Source: Pseudomonadota bacterium
Lineage (GTDB): Bacteria; Bdellovibrionota_B; Oligoflexia; Oligoflexales; RGVZ01
Direction: 5' to 3'
Assembly (NCBI GenBank): GCA_041178085.1
Contig: JBEGVZ010000019.1
Span: 1 to 64,000 of the forward strand
DNA: 64,000 nucleotides
Made by a program: the position numbers and the translations under genes. Positions 46,760 through 56,210 of this stretch are shown piece by piece; the first letter of the stretch is position 1; each line of letters opens with the position of its first letter. Below the pieces are notes generated by a model, which worked only from the letters and a program-made list of their open reading frames with translations, was not told the DNA's origin and did not search any database.

Positions 46760-49351
46760 ATGCGCCTCTTGCATGCCTCACGACCAGTTGCATTGACGCT
46801 GCTGTGGACGACAGTGGTGTCTGCGGCTTTTGCGCAAGCACCCGCAACGAGCTTGCGCAAACCTGCCATCGAGCAGGGTCCGCCCAAAGTCGTTGACGCC
46901 GTGCAGGGCGACGTGGTGCGGATGAAAATCCAGTACACCGCCGACAGCGGCCGCGTGCAGCAGGTGAAATGGGCTCTCAGGTCCGAGAAATCGAAAAGCA
47001 TGATCTGCCGCGAAGGCACCTGCACACTGAAAACATCAGCAATCAAGCCAGGCAGTTACGCAATCTATGTCGTGGTTTTTGATGAAACAGGTTCCGACAG
47101 CATCAAATTTGATTTCCGGCTGGCCGCCGCACCGGCGAAATACACTCCCAAACAGGTCGAAGTCCCGTTGATCAAAGCAGGGGAAGACGTCAAATCGGCC
47201 CAGACAGCGGGCCTGCCGGTCACTGGCCAGTTTGTCCGTTCGATCGAGGGACGAACCTACGCACATAACCGCTCTCAGGTCCGCGTGGTCGGTACCAGCA
47301 GGGAACCCCTGGAAAAACTTGATTCCATACGGACGGGCTTGCCGGGAATCCTCCATTTCTCGCTCACCACCCAGGACGAGGCGTGGCTCCTTGATAACAG
47401 CCTTGCACGCATCGTTCGGAACAGCAAGGGACGTGCGTTTGTCAAACTCGAACGCGGTTCGCTGCGCGTGCGCACCCTGCGCAACATCGACAAGGAGTGG
47501 AACGTCACCGCATCGGGCTACGTCTTCACCGGCCAGTCGAAGCAAGACACCGTTGTGATCCGGCTGCCAGGCGATGAGCTCCTGGTCGCATCATTGCGGG
47601 GAATCACGAGGGTCCACAAGGAATCGAAGGTCAAGGGGGAACCTGACCCGGGTGACTTCTTCACCATCGAACCAGGAACCATGGTGCGCTTGCAAGCCTT
47701 GACCGGTGGTCCCACGGAAGATCCGGGGCGACCGCAACCTGCTGGCAATGACGTCGAGGTGGATACCGTGGCAAAGATCATCCGCAAAACCACTCCCTTT
47801 TATCTGAAGGCGCGGAGCAACATCAGCCAGGAAGGCGAGTCCTTCATCCAGAACCGAAAACCGGAGTCCCTGAAGGCGGCAAACGACTGGGCGCGAAAGG
47901 CCGTTGCTGAGGACGATGCCTGGCTTGCACTGGAATCACTCCTGTACCGCTTTGACGAGGCTGCCAAGGATCCTGCCGCCTGCTACCTGCTGGGGAAAAG
48001 CTACCTTGAAATCATGCTTTACCCGGAAGCAGAGGAGTGGCTGAACCGCGCAATTGAAGCCGAGCGGACGCTCAAGGACCGTACGATGGCAAATGATGCG
48101 CGGCTCGTCCTTGCTGAGCTCGCTTACCGGCGGAAGCTCTGGGATGTCGCCGCACGGCATTTCGACCAGGCCGACTCACAAGCCATCGATGCCTGGATCC
48201 GGGACAAGGCCCGCGGCCAGGATCGCATGTTCATGATCGGGAAAACGTGCGCGCTGAGCGAGCGCCGCATATGTGCAAAGAAATACCTGCCAACCACAGC
48301 TTTGAACGATCCTCGTCCTGAAGTCCGCGCCGAGGCCACGAACCTGATCAAAAAGATTCCCGTGCTGCCGGGATCAACAGCGCGCTTCTCCTTGCTCGCG
48401 GGATATAACTCAAACATCTTCAGTTTGAAGGAACCCGGATCAAAGGACCGTCCTGGCGATGCACCAAAAAACCAGGATGGAATTTATACTGGAAAATTTC
48501 ACTTCGACCTGCGTAGCGGTGCCCATGACGCGATGCCCAGGGAGGAGCAAACCCGATTCGGGCTTGAGCTTCAGGTCGACCTTGAGAAATCCGGATTCAC
48601 CACGGCAAAGATGAACAATTTTGGGCGTAGCCACTACGATGCGCATGCCGGGATTTTCCTGACTGCTGCGTCAAGGCCAGACAAACCGACCCCTTCCTTC
48701 GACGGATCAACTTACGTCTACATCACGACGGATGGAGTGGGTCCACAGCGCGTACATGACGAGGCTGGTGGGGGCGTGCGCGTCAGTGTGCCGTTTCTTC
48801 TCGGCCTGGAACTTGAGACACGGATTGGGCGGACAATTGATCCGCAACCGCCACTCGAGCAAGTGCTTGACCCACTCACCGGAGAATTCATTGCCGCATC
48901 GGACGACACCGGCACCATCCAACGATTCCGGTTGCACCTTGTCCCGGTCGGACCGGATTCGCTGACCGGCGAACCAAGGGGTAAAGTCCAGATTGCGCTG
49001 GATGCCACCGCAACCATGGCCAAACGGGCAGAAGTCGCAGGTAGCGCAGGAGACCTCACCGTAGCGGGCGGGGCGCTGACTGTGTCGCAGAAAGCGGTGC
49101 CAACGGGCGTCCTTGCGATCCGGGCTGGCAGCGAATTCATCACGCGTGACATCACAGAAGAATCCGCAGCAGAACTAGGCACACCACAAGAACGGATGCG
49201 TACCCGCGTTGGCGTCAACTACTACCACGAAGTCAGCCAGAAAGTGCACATCGAGGTCAACACCGACTACACGATTGGCACTGCCCAGCCAGAATCATTC
49301 GACGGCTTCACTCGCAGCACTGCCACGTTCGGGTTGCACCTCGAGTTCTGA
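46760..49351 (+). CDS. Exported multidomain protein: FecR-like + TPR + C-terminal beta-barrel
   Basis: Signal peptide ending AFA; L.RGSLR FecR-like segment; TPR-like YLLGKSY..A..W...A; GYNSN barrel start; terminal FGLHLEF. Confidence 0.65.
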   Translation: MRLLHASRPVALTLLWTTVVSAAFAQAPATSLRKPAIEQGPPKVVDAVQGDVVRMKIQYTADSGRVQQVKWALRSEKSKSMICREGTCTLKTSAIKPGSYAIYVVVFDETGSDSIKFDFRLAAAPAKYTPKQVEVPLIKAGEDVKSAQTAGLPVTGQFVRSIEGRTYAHNRSQVRVVGTSREPLEKLDSIRTGLPGILHFSLTTQDEAWLLDNSLARIVRNSKGRAFVKLERGSLRVRTLRNIDKEWNVTASGYVFTGQSKQDTVVIRLPGDELLVASLRGITRVHKESKVKGEPDPGDFFTIEPGTMVRLQALTGGPTEDPGRPQPAGNDVEVDTVAKIIRKTTPFYLKARSNISQEGESFIQNRKPESLKAANDWARKAVAEDDAWLALESLLYRFDEAAKDPAACYLLGKSYLEIMLYPEAEEWLNRAIEAERTLKDRTMANDARLVLAELAYRRKLWDVAARHFDQADSQAIDAWIRDKARGQDRMFMIGKTCALSERRICAKKYLPTTALNDPRPEVRAEATNLIKKIPVLPGSTARFSLLAGYNSNIFSLKEPGSKDRPGDAPKNQDGIYTGKFHFDLRSGAHDAMPREEQTRFGLELQVDLEKSGFTTAKMNNFGRSHYDAHAGIFLTAASRPDKPTPSFDGSTYVYITTDGVGPQRVHDEAGGGVRVSVPFLLGLELETRIGRTIDPQPPLEQVLDPLTGEFIAASDDTGTIQRFRLHLVPVGPDSLTGEPRGKVQIALDATATMAKRAEVAGSAGDLTVAGGALTVSQKAVPTGVLAIRAGSEFITRDITEESAAELGTPQERMRTRVGVNYYHEVSQKVHIEVNTDYTIGTAQPESFDGFTRSTATFGLHLEF

Positions 49352-50515
49352 TGGTGGCTCTCCAGGAGACACCAGGCCAAGCCAGACAGTCATCTGGCTG
49401 TTACCTTTTTCCTCACCCTGGCTGGACAGCAAATCACCAAGGAACTTGCCGAAGAATGGCATGTGACTGATCCACCAGGAACCGGTGCTTGACCCCGCAT
49501 CCAGGGCAAAATCAATAGAACCGCCGAAAACTGACTGCCTGAAGGCCAACAACCTCTTCCCTGAAATCCTTCCGGTCAACAGATGGTCCTCGCTACCCGA
49601 CACCCGCTGCGTCAACCAGACCTCGTATTCAACGGCTGCACGCCCCTCATGACAACCAAGCCATGACGCGCGCAGGGAAAGTCCATATTCCTTCCATCCC
49701 CGGCTGTCATGCCAGCCTTGTGGCAGTGCCCCGTTGCCACCAGCAACGTGCCGCTCTGACCGCGCCGGTGACCAAGTCACGACCGGGCCATCGGTTCGGA
49801 ATTCACCACCGCTCCGGACCATTGCTTCAGCACCGGGGAACAACGCCAGCCGGGGCTCGGCAATGACCTTGGCCCGGACCTTGCCATCCCTGTCATTTGA
49901 AGCAATGGAAGCGACGCCACGCGCCAGCTGAAGCACTGATGCTCCACCTGCAAGGCCAGTCCCGACAACACGACCAAGCTGGCCCTCGACGTGAATCGCC
50001 GGCGACACCCCCCCCGCTGAAGAGGACTGGGTGGAATCCATGACAATCTTGAAACGAACCGCATCGACTTCGTTGATCATGGAATCGCAGCCTGGCGGCC
50101 AGTTTGAATCGGTCGCTGTGCCGGGGGCACGCTTGGCCTCTGGCGCGCGAATTGGCGCGGAAAAAACTTCAACGACAATTTCTGCAGGCTCCTTGAAAAC
50201 CCCGTTCGATTCACCTTTGGCACCGGAAGCTGGATCTCGCTCAGGCTGGAGGAGCACCACTCCTTTCGCAAGACCAGTCACAACCCATTGATCCCCATCA
50301 GCCCGTCGCGCATGAATCACCCCCTCGCGGTTGATGCGCAAACGCCTGACGCCGGGCAGGGCAATCGCCATGGTGGCTCCGGTCGCGACCCGGTATTTGC
50401 GTGGCATTGTCACCGCTAGTGCCCTTCCAGGATCAAAAATCCAGGCAGAAAGGACGCACAAAACATTAAAAAAAAGAAACCGGGCACGACGCCCCGATGA
50501 ATCGCCCATGGTCAC
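49295..50515 (-). CDS. Divergent Tad-type secretin (CpaC/RcpA-like)
   Basis: VTGLAKG pilus N-domain, IAEPRL..GAEA...GGEF, WKEYGLSL, MPFFG.F. Confidence 0.65.
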   Translation of the reverse strand: MTMGDSSGRRARFLFFNVLCVLSAWIFDPGRALAVTMPRKYRVATGATMAIALPGVRRLRINREGVIHARRADGDQWVVTGLAKGVVLLQPERDPASGAKGESNGVFKEPAEIVVEVFSAPIRAPEAKRAPGTATDSNWPPGCDSMINEVDAVRFKIVMDSTQSSSAGGVSPAIHVEGQLGRVVGTGLAGGASVLQLARGVASIASNDRDGKVRAKVIAEPRLALFPGAEAMVRSGGEFRTDGPVVTWSPARSERHVAGGNGALPQGWHDSRGWKEYGLSLRASWLGCHEGRAAVEYEVWLTQRVSGSEDHLLTGRISGKRLLAFRQSVFGGSIDFALDAGSSTGSWWISHMPFFGKFLGDLLSSQGEEKGNSQMTVWLGLVSPGEPPSELEVQPERGSAASEAVE

Positions 50516-51033
50516 CTCCCGGGTCGGCGAGTCGCGCGACGCATTTTCCGATCGACGATCACATCAGCTGCGAGTGTGCCTCCACAACCCGTTGTCGTGC
50601 CCTTCCCCAAAGCCAGCTTTTTATGAGTCACACCTGCAAATGCCCCGGAAAAATTTGTGATCGCCTGTCGCACCGTTGAAAGCGATGCCGACGACACCTG
50701 ATCAAGGTCTTGCGCGAGCAAGAAAACATCGCCGGAGGCCAACAAGCGGTAACTATCCGGAGAAAGAGCGCAAACACTGTCGTCTCCGGCGTGCCTGCCA
50801 AGCAAATGCACGCGGTCGCCCGGCTGGAATCCGGCGCCTTCGACAATCCCTCCTGGCAGGGCAATCAATACATTAGGGGTGGACAATTGGCGGGCTGCCG
50901 CTGGCCATGCCTCACCCTGGACAAGGCTGCTGATGGCGCCACCAAGCAGAACCGCCAGAAGGTGAGTCGCCATGGACATTGCATAAGCGGGCAGGTCAAG
51001 ACGATTCGCTGGAGAAACCTGTTCATTGTTCAT
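50512..51033 (-). CDS. Truncated CpaB/RcpC-like protein
   Basis: N-terminal TM; GFQPGDRVHLL motif; GTGA overlap with the secretin gene. Confidence 0.45.
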   Translation of the reverse strand: MNNEQVSPANRLDLPAYAMSMATHLLAVLLGGAISSLVQGEAWPAAARQLSTPNVLIALPGGIVEGAGFQPGDRVHLLGRHAGDDSVCALSPDSYRLLASGDVFLLAQDLDQVSSASLSTVRQAITNFSGAFAGVTHKKLALGKGTTTGCGGTLAADVIVDRKMRRATRRPGR

Positions 51034-51190
51034 CGACTTCCATTTCCTTCAAAGACTCGCACGCTGAGCCAGCCGCAAGACAGGCTGCCTTGTTGTGCAT
51101 TCTCGCCACGTGTCCAACCCACGCTCTCGAAGACAACACCCATGATTGAAATGACATGATGATGACAAACCACGAGACCACGACTTCCAT
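51023..51190 (-). CDS. Small pilin-like membrane protein, 55 aa (not in ORF track)
   Basis: GGGAG RBS; MEVVVSWFVIIMSFQSWVLSSRAW...AACLAAGSACESLKEMEVDEQ; overlaps both neighbours. Confidence 0.5.
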   Translation of the reverse strand: MEVVVSWFVIIMSFQSWVLSSRAWVGHVARMHNKAACLAAGSACESLKEMEVDEQ

Positions 51191-51441
51191 CACCGAACTC
51201 CCTGTTCAGCAGATCGGGCGCTGCGACGGAAGATAACCGTGCTTCGCAATCCCGAGCCGGTGAGACGCGCACGGCAAGATTCCCTCCGTTGATCCTTCGC
51301 ACACCGAACCTCGCGAGCCTCCTCTGCAGCCACCGCGGTGGCCCGCGACTTTAGCCGGACCGCCTGTGCATCAAACTCACGGGTCAGGAGCACCAGCTTT
51401 GCAAGACCAAGAAGATATATGGGCAAGATCGTCGAATACAT
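51190..51441 (-). CDS. Small membrane protein, possible minor pilin
   Basis: AGGAGG RBS; N-terminal hydrophobic helix; Cys pair. Confidence 0.5.
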   Translation of the reverse strand: MYSTILPIYLLGLAKLVLLTREFDAQAVRLKSRATAVAAEEAREVRCAKDQRRESCRARLTGSGLRSTVIFRRSARSAEQGVR

Positions 51442-51524
51442 GAAGGGAGCCTCCTGCAGAAGAGCCTGCGAATCAGAGGCGAAGGATGTTTCATCACGTG
51501 ATCAGGGAACAGTGACTTTCGATG

Positions 51525-52532
51525 TCATTGCGTGAGGTGAGGGCGCCAAGGGGATGCACTGCGAAACGGCAGCACGGCATCCAGGTCCTGAACGCCTAGA
51601 ATACAAGCAAGCAAACGATCGAAACCAAGCGCGTTGCCAGCACAAGGTGGAAAACCGCGTGCCATCGCATCCAGGAAATCCGTGTCTTCAGGAACCTCGG
51701 GCAAGCCGATCAACTTGCGGCGGGCCGCACCCTCCCGGATCCGGGCCTGGTTGGCCTCCTTGCCGGGCAATTCGAAGAAGGCGTTGCTCAGTTCAACCCC
51801 GCCGGCGAACAATTCAAAACGCCGGGCGACGTCACCCTCAACCACAGCCAAAGCTGCCTGCGAAGCAGGATAGTCATGAAGGATGCAAAGCGGAAACTTT
51901 GCCAGGGCTGGCTCAACTTTCTCGATCAGCACCTTGAAAAAGGCTGTGTCGAAATCCTCGTCGCCCCGGATGGACACGACGCCCGCAGCCTTTGCCCTGG
52001 CCGCCAGTCCCGGATCAAGGTCAACCAGTTCAATGCCAGCGAATTTATTGAAGGCATCCTTGACGGAGAATGCTGGCACATCATCCGGCACCTCCATCCG
52101 CGCCTCACTTCCAAAAGCCCTGACCGCACCGCGAACAAGCTCGACAGATTCCTGCATGAATTCCCGGTAGCTGCTACCGCAGTGATACCACTCCAGCATG
52201 GTGAACTCCGGGTGATGCCAGGGGCCAAGCTCACCCATATTGCGAAAACAAGGGCCGATCTGGAAGATCTTGCGACAACCGGCCGCCAGCGCCTGCTTCA
52301 TGTGCAACTCGGGACTGCTCCGCAGGTAAAGCTTCTCACGCGCGCCGCCCAGAGATTCCCACATCGTTTCAAAATAGTTGAGATAAACCTCCGTGCCGGG
52401 CGTTCTTACCAGGCAAGGGGTTTCAATCTCGAGGTAGTTTTTACTGGAAAAAAATTCGCGCAATGCCGCGCGCAGGCGGGCACGCGACCTGAACAAGTCC
52501 ACCGCGTCCTTGGCCGCTCGCATTACGGTCAA
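51525..52532 (-). CDS. epmA: EF-P lysine aminoacylase (EpmA/GenX)
   Basis: Class II aaRS core without anticodon domain: LRSSPELHMK, FRN, HHPEFTMLEWY, RFELF..GVEL.N, ALGFDRL. Confidence 0.92.
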   Translation of the reverse strand: MTVMRAAKDAVDLFRSRARLRAALREFFSSKNYLEIETPCLVRTPGTEVYLNYFETMWESLGGAREKLYLRSSPELHMKQALAAGCRKIFQIGPCFRNMGELGPWHHPEFTMLEWYHCGSSYREFMQESVELVRGAVRAFGSEARMEVPDDVPAFSVKDAFNKFAGIELVDLDPGLAARAKAAGVVSIRGDEDFDTAFFKVLIEKVEPALAKFPLCILHDYPASQAALAVVEGDVARRFELFAGGVELSNAFFELPGKEANQARIREGAARRKLIGLPEVPEDTDFLDAMARGFPPCAGNALGFDRLLACILGVQDLDAVLPFRSASPWRPHLTQ

Positions 52533-55057
52533 CCCTTTTTGGCTGAGCGCGACGGGGCGCGGTCCTTCAACCGCTCACGATGGACGACCTCAAGGCGATC
52601 CATGGCCCGCTCCAGGGCAGACCCCTTGGAGAAAGGCGCCTCACGAAGGATTTCAACCGATGGCACGCCAAGATCGACGCCTGTGGCAATCTTGAACGCT
52701 GAAATCACGTCCATCACAGGAACGACGTGCAGGATGCCGGCCTCGACTGCCTTGCGCGCCTCGCGCGACAGCATCAAGTTCAAGGCATTCTGGCGCGGGA
52801 TAATGCAGGTGTAGGCACCTTTTTTAGACTTGTTGCGACCAATAATCTGGCAGGTCTTCCAGAAACCCTCGATCTTCTCGTTGACGCCACCGATCGGCTG
52901 GATCTGACCGAACTGATTCAAGCTGCCAGTCATGGCCACGCCCTGCCGCACAGGAATCCCTGAAATTGCACTCATGATCGCAATGAACTCTGCCAGTGTC
53001 GCGCTGTCGCCGTCGATCATGCCATAAGACTGCTCAAAGCAGATGCTTGCGGCCAGCCCCAACGGGCGTTTCTTGCCCAGCAGCGAATTGAGCAAGCCAG
53101 TCAGGATGAAGACGCCCTTGTCGTGGATCTTCCCGGACAGCTTGCTGGCCCGCTCTATGTTGACCACACCGTCGTGACCTGGAGCCGTGGTGCATGTGAT
53201 CCGGCCCAGTTTTCCAAAGGAATAATCGCCCATGTCGTAAACAGCGAGGCCGTTTACCTGGCCAATCACGTCTCCGTCGACGGAAAGCAGCAGGTCTTCC
53301 TGTCGCACCATGTTGAACAGGTTTTCTTCGATCAAATTGACACGGAAATACTTTTCGTCGAGAGCCTGCTCGACGTGTTTCCGGCTGACCGTCTTCGCGC
53401 CTTGCTCTCGCGCAATGTAATCCGCTTCAATGGTCAGGTCCTTCAATTCCCCAAACTGGGTCGACATGAAACGCTGGTCTTCGACCAGGCGGGACCCGTA
53501 CTCGACAATCGCGCCGATGGAGGACCGGTCAAACGGCAGGAGGTTCTCCACCTTGCTGCGGGTCGCAACAAAAGACGCATAAGACTCAATGTTGTCCTCA
53601 GACCTCTCCATCTTGTGGTCGAAGTCCGCCTTGATCTTGAAGATCTTGTGGAAGTCTTCATCCGCGTCATGAAGGATGTGATAGATGTCGTCATTGCCGA
53701 TCAGGATGACCTTCAAGTCGAGCGGGATTGGCTCCGGCCGCAGACCCGAAGTCGGCAGAAGTGAATACTGTTCCCCCATGTCCTCGATGTAGCCAAGCCG
53801 GTTCTTCAGAACGCGCTTGAGCGTTTCCCAGATCGATCCTTGCTTGAAAATATCCAGGGCATTAAGCACCAGATAGCCGCCACTTGCCTTGTGAACGGCC
53901 CCGGCCTTGATCATGGTGAAATCGGTCAAGTACATGCCGTGTTCGACGTTCTTCTCAATACGACCAAACAGGTTGTAATAGGTTGGGTTGGTCTCGATGA
54001 TGACCGGCGCACCCTTGGCATTGGTATTGTCGACGAAAACATTGACCCGGTAACGGCGGAAGCGGTCGCGCTCTTCAGGCGGCAGGAACATTTCCTGTAC
54101 CTGCTCCTGCTGGGGTTCGTCCGACTCGACGAAGTCCAGGAGGTTTTCCAGGATGTCGTTTTCAACATCCTTCAGGAACTCAATGATCGCAGCGTTGTCA
54201 GAAAATTCATGACGGACTGGATCCAATTGCGACGAGACCACCTGGCTGCCGATCTCGCTGCGCAGTTTCTCCACGTAATCCTTGGTTTCCTGCTCGATCG
54301 CACGGACCTTGCGTGCAAAATCCAGAACTTCCGGTTCAAGCTGCGAACGCCGGTCTTCAATTGCGTCGCGCTGTTCATCCGTAAGCTTGCCATATTCCTT
54401 TTCAGTCAGCGGACGACCGTCAAGGATGGGAATGGTCTCGATGCCCATGCGGGTTGACTTGATTGCGAAGTCGAGCGATTTTGCTCGTTTCTCCAGGTCG
54501 CTGAACAGCTTCGACTTGCGCTCGTTTGACGCGGACAAATATGCGTTGACCGCATTTTCGTAGTCCTCGCTTTGCAAGGCTGCCGTGATATCGGAACGCA
54601 GCGACTTGACAAGGTGCTCCATCGACTTCTTGATGCGCCGCCCCTCACCTGGCCCCATGCTGATGGCCCTGGGTTGCTCGGTCTGGGCAAAATCATAAAC
54701 ATAGATCCAGTCTTTCGGACGGGCGGCATCCGCCGACCAACGTTCAAGGAACGTCTTGATCACACTGGTCTTGCCGGTCCCTTGGATTCCGGCCACGTAA
54801 ATGTTGTAACCAGGCTTGCGAATGCCAAGTCCCATTTCGATCGCCCGGACCGCACGGGTCTGAGCAATGAACTCATGAGAAGTTTCGACGGTCTTGGTGT
54901 TGGCAAATTGGAAGGAGTCGTCAGGACAGGCAATGTACACCTGGTCCAGCCCGAGTGGGGCCGGCACGCCCTGTGCACGGGCAGGCGTCACACCAGCCCC
55001 GGGCTTGCGCCCGGGCTGTTTCCGCGGACGGCGACTTGCGGGAGACTTTCCTGCCAT
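52529..55057 (-). CDS. LonC-type (AAA_32/S16) protease
   Basis: GIQGTGKT, long coiled-coil insert, NPTY.NLFG.IE, catalytic DGDSA and GGVNEK. Confidence 0.9.
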   Translation of the reverse strand: MAGKSPASRRPRKQPGRKPGAGVTPARAQGVPAPLGLDQVYIACPDDSFQFANTKTVETSHEFIAQTRAVRAIEMGLGIRKPGYNIYVAGIQGTGKTSVIKTFLERWSADAARPKDWIYVYDFAQTEQPRAISMGPGEGRRIKKSMEHLVKSLRSDITAALQSEDYENAVNAYLSASNERKSKLFSDLEKRAKSLDFAIKSTRMGIETIPILDGRPLTEKEYGKLTDEQRDAIEDRRSQLEPEVLDFARKVRAIEQETKDYVEKLRSEIGSQVVSSQLDPVRHEFSDNAAIIEFLKDVENDILENLLDFVESDEPQQEQVQEMFLPPEERDRFRRYRVNVFVDNTNAKGAPVIIETNPTYYNLFGRIEKNVEHGMYLTDFTMIKAGAVHKASGGYLVLNALDIFKQGSIWETLKRVLKNRLGYIEDMGEQYSLLPTSGLRPEPIPLDLKVILIGNDDIYHILHDADEDFHKIFKIKADFDHKMERSEDNIESYASFVATRSKVENLLPFDRSSIGAIVEYGSRLVEDQRFMSTQFGELKDLTIEADYIAREQGAKTVSRKHVEQALDEKYFRVNLIEENLFNMVRQEDLLLSVDGDVIGQVNGLAVYDMGDYSFGKLGRITCTTAPGHDGVVNIERASKLSGKIHDKGVFILTGLLNSLLGKKRPLGLAASICFEQSYGMIDGDSATLAEFIAIMSAISGIPVRQGVAMTGSLNQFGQIQPIGGVNEKIEGFWKTCQIIGRNKSKKGAYTCIIPRQNALNLMLSREARKAVEAGILHVVPVMDVISAFKIATGVDLGVPSVEILREAPFSKGSALERAMDRLEVVHRERLKDRAPSRSAKKG

Positions 55058-55058
55058 C

Positions 55059-55766
55059 TCAGGTCAAGGCCACAGTGCCAACATTGAAGCCAATGGCCAC
55101 ATTGCGCCATTCCTCTGCCAGTTCAAACTCGGTTGCCGGCATTGCCAGCGATTGCAAAGCTGAACTGACCAGGCGCTGACCAGCGCCACCCGTACCCGCC
55201 TGGACCAGCATGTCGCCGTAGGCATCGATGAAATCGATCGCCTCTGCAACAGAGTCCCGGTTGATGTTCAGGACAGACAGGTCGAGGCCCTTTTTGAACC
55301 AAACGCCTAGTTCCTGAAGGTTCGCGCCGGACTTGACGCCCAGACGCACACAGTCACCGTAAATTGCCATCAGAATTTCGACCGGCAGGTTCGCCTCATG
55401 GCGACCCGCGAAATAGCCAAGGGTCTTGTAGGCGTTGCGCCAGTTCTTGCTCATCTGAAGGACTCGCACCTTTTCCATGGTGGCATCGTAGGCCTTCACA
55501 GCAGCATCGCGCTGTTGCTCGATCCTCTTCCGACGCGCGGCCAGATGGACCTGCATGCGATCCTCAAGATCGCCAAGCGCCTTTTTGGCATCGTCCAGGG
55601 AGATCACATCCTGCACGTCCAGCTCCCGGGACAGGGCCACCGCAAGGGCGTCCACCGCAACGGCAATCTGGGTCTTGGTCAGTTCCGCGATCTGAAAGAT
55701 CGTGAACTGGGCCCCGGCAGGCCACTTCTGTATGAAGCGTTCCAAAGCAAAAATAAAATCCAGCAT
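55059..55766 (-). CDS. Hypothetical helical protein
   Basis: GGAGGT RBS; stop lies 1 nt before the LonC start. Confidence 0.75.
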   Translation of the reverse strand: MLDFIFALERFIQKWPAGAQFTIFQIAELTKTQIAVAVDALAVALSRELDVQDVISLDDAKKALGDLEDRMQVHLAARRKRIEQQRDAAVKAYDATMEKVRVLQMSKNWRNAYKTLGYFAGRHEANLPVEILMAIYGDCVRLGVKSGANLQELGVWFKKGLDLSVLNINRDSVAEAIDFIDAYGDMLVQAGTGGAGQRLVSSALQSLAMPATEFELAEEWRNVAIGFNVGTVALT

Positions 55767-55897
55767 CGGACCAACCTCCCTGTGCCCAACGAGCCACTGT
55801 GGCTCCCTACCGTCCTTGGTAGTGCCTTTGCAGGCGATTTAACTGGCAATTTTTCAATAGCTTACCCAGCAAGCCACCGGATTGCAAAACTTTATTT

Positions 55898-55956
55898 AAA
55901 AATAAAAATCTCCCCTGCCAGTCCGGCTCCTTGGAGCCAAACTGGAAAGGGAGATT
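55898..55956 (-). terminator. Long hairpin/terminator after the small basic ORF
   Basis: AATCTCCC..CCAGT..GGCTC CAAG GAGCC..ACTGG..GGGAGATT followed by TTTATTTTT; G-U pairs favour the minus strand. Confidence 0.75.
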
Positions 55957-55981
55957 GCCTTAAATTTAACCAGCGTACCGG

Positions 55982-56086
55982 TCAGACGGTCCTGAGTGAA
56001 CGACGCTTCTTCATCATGCGACGCTTCTTGCGACCAACTTTGCGGCGACCTTTGGGGTGTTTGCGGCGATGCCTTGATCCGTGCAC
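55982..56086 (-). CDS. Small Arg/Lys-rich protein, 34 aa (not in ORF track)
   Basis: GGAG RBS 6 nt before GTG; MHGSRHRRKHPKGRRKVGRKKRRMMKKRRSLRTV; own terminator. Confidence 0.75.
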   Translation of the reverse strand: MHGSRHRRKHPKGRRKVGRKKRRMMKKRRSLRTV

Positions 56087-56158
56087 AAATAACTCCACTA
56101 ACCATCGAGATCTTGAAAAATTACAGAACGCATTGGTTACTTGGAGTACCGGTAAATT

Positions 56159-56185
56159 TCAAGCTGGAAATCAGAAAGCCGACAA
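56159..56185 (+). promoter_or_regulatory. Putative sigma28 promoter of the HAMP gene
   Basis: TCAA(G)-N15-GCCGACAA. Confidence 0.6.
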
Positions 56186-56210
56186 CCTTTCAGGCAAGCA
56201 GGAGCAAGTC

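Noticed and set aside
51030..51302. 90-aa minus-strand ORF from the track
   Set aside because: It overlaps two better-supported ORFs that have RBSs and coupled starts and stops
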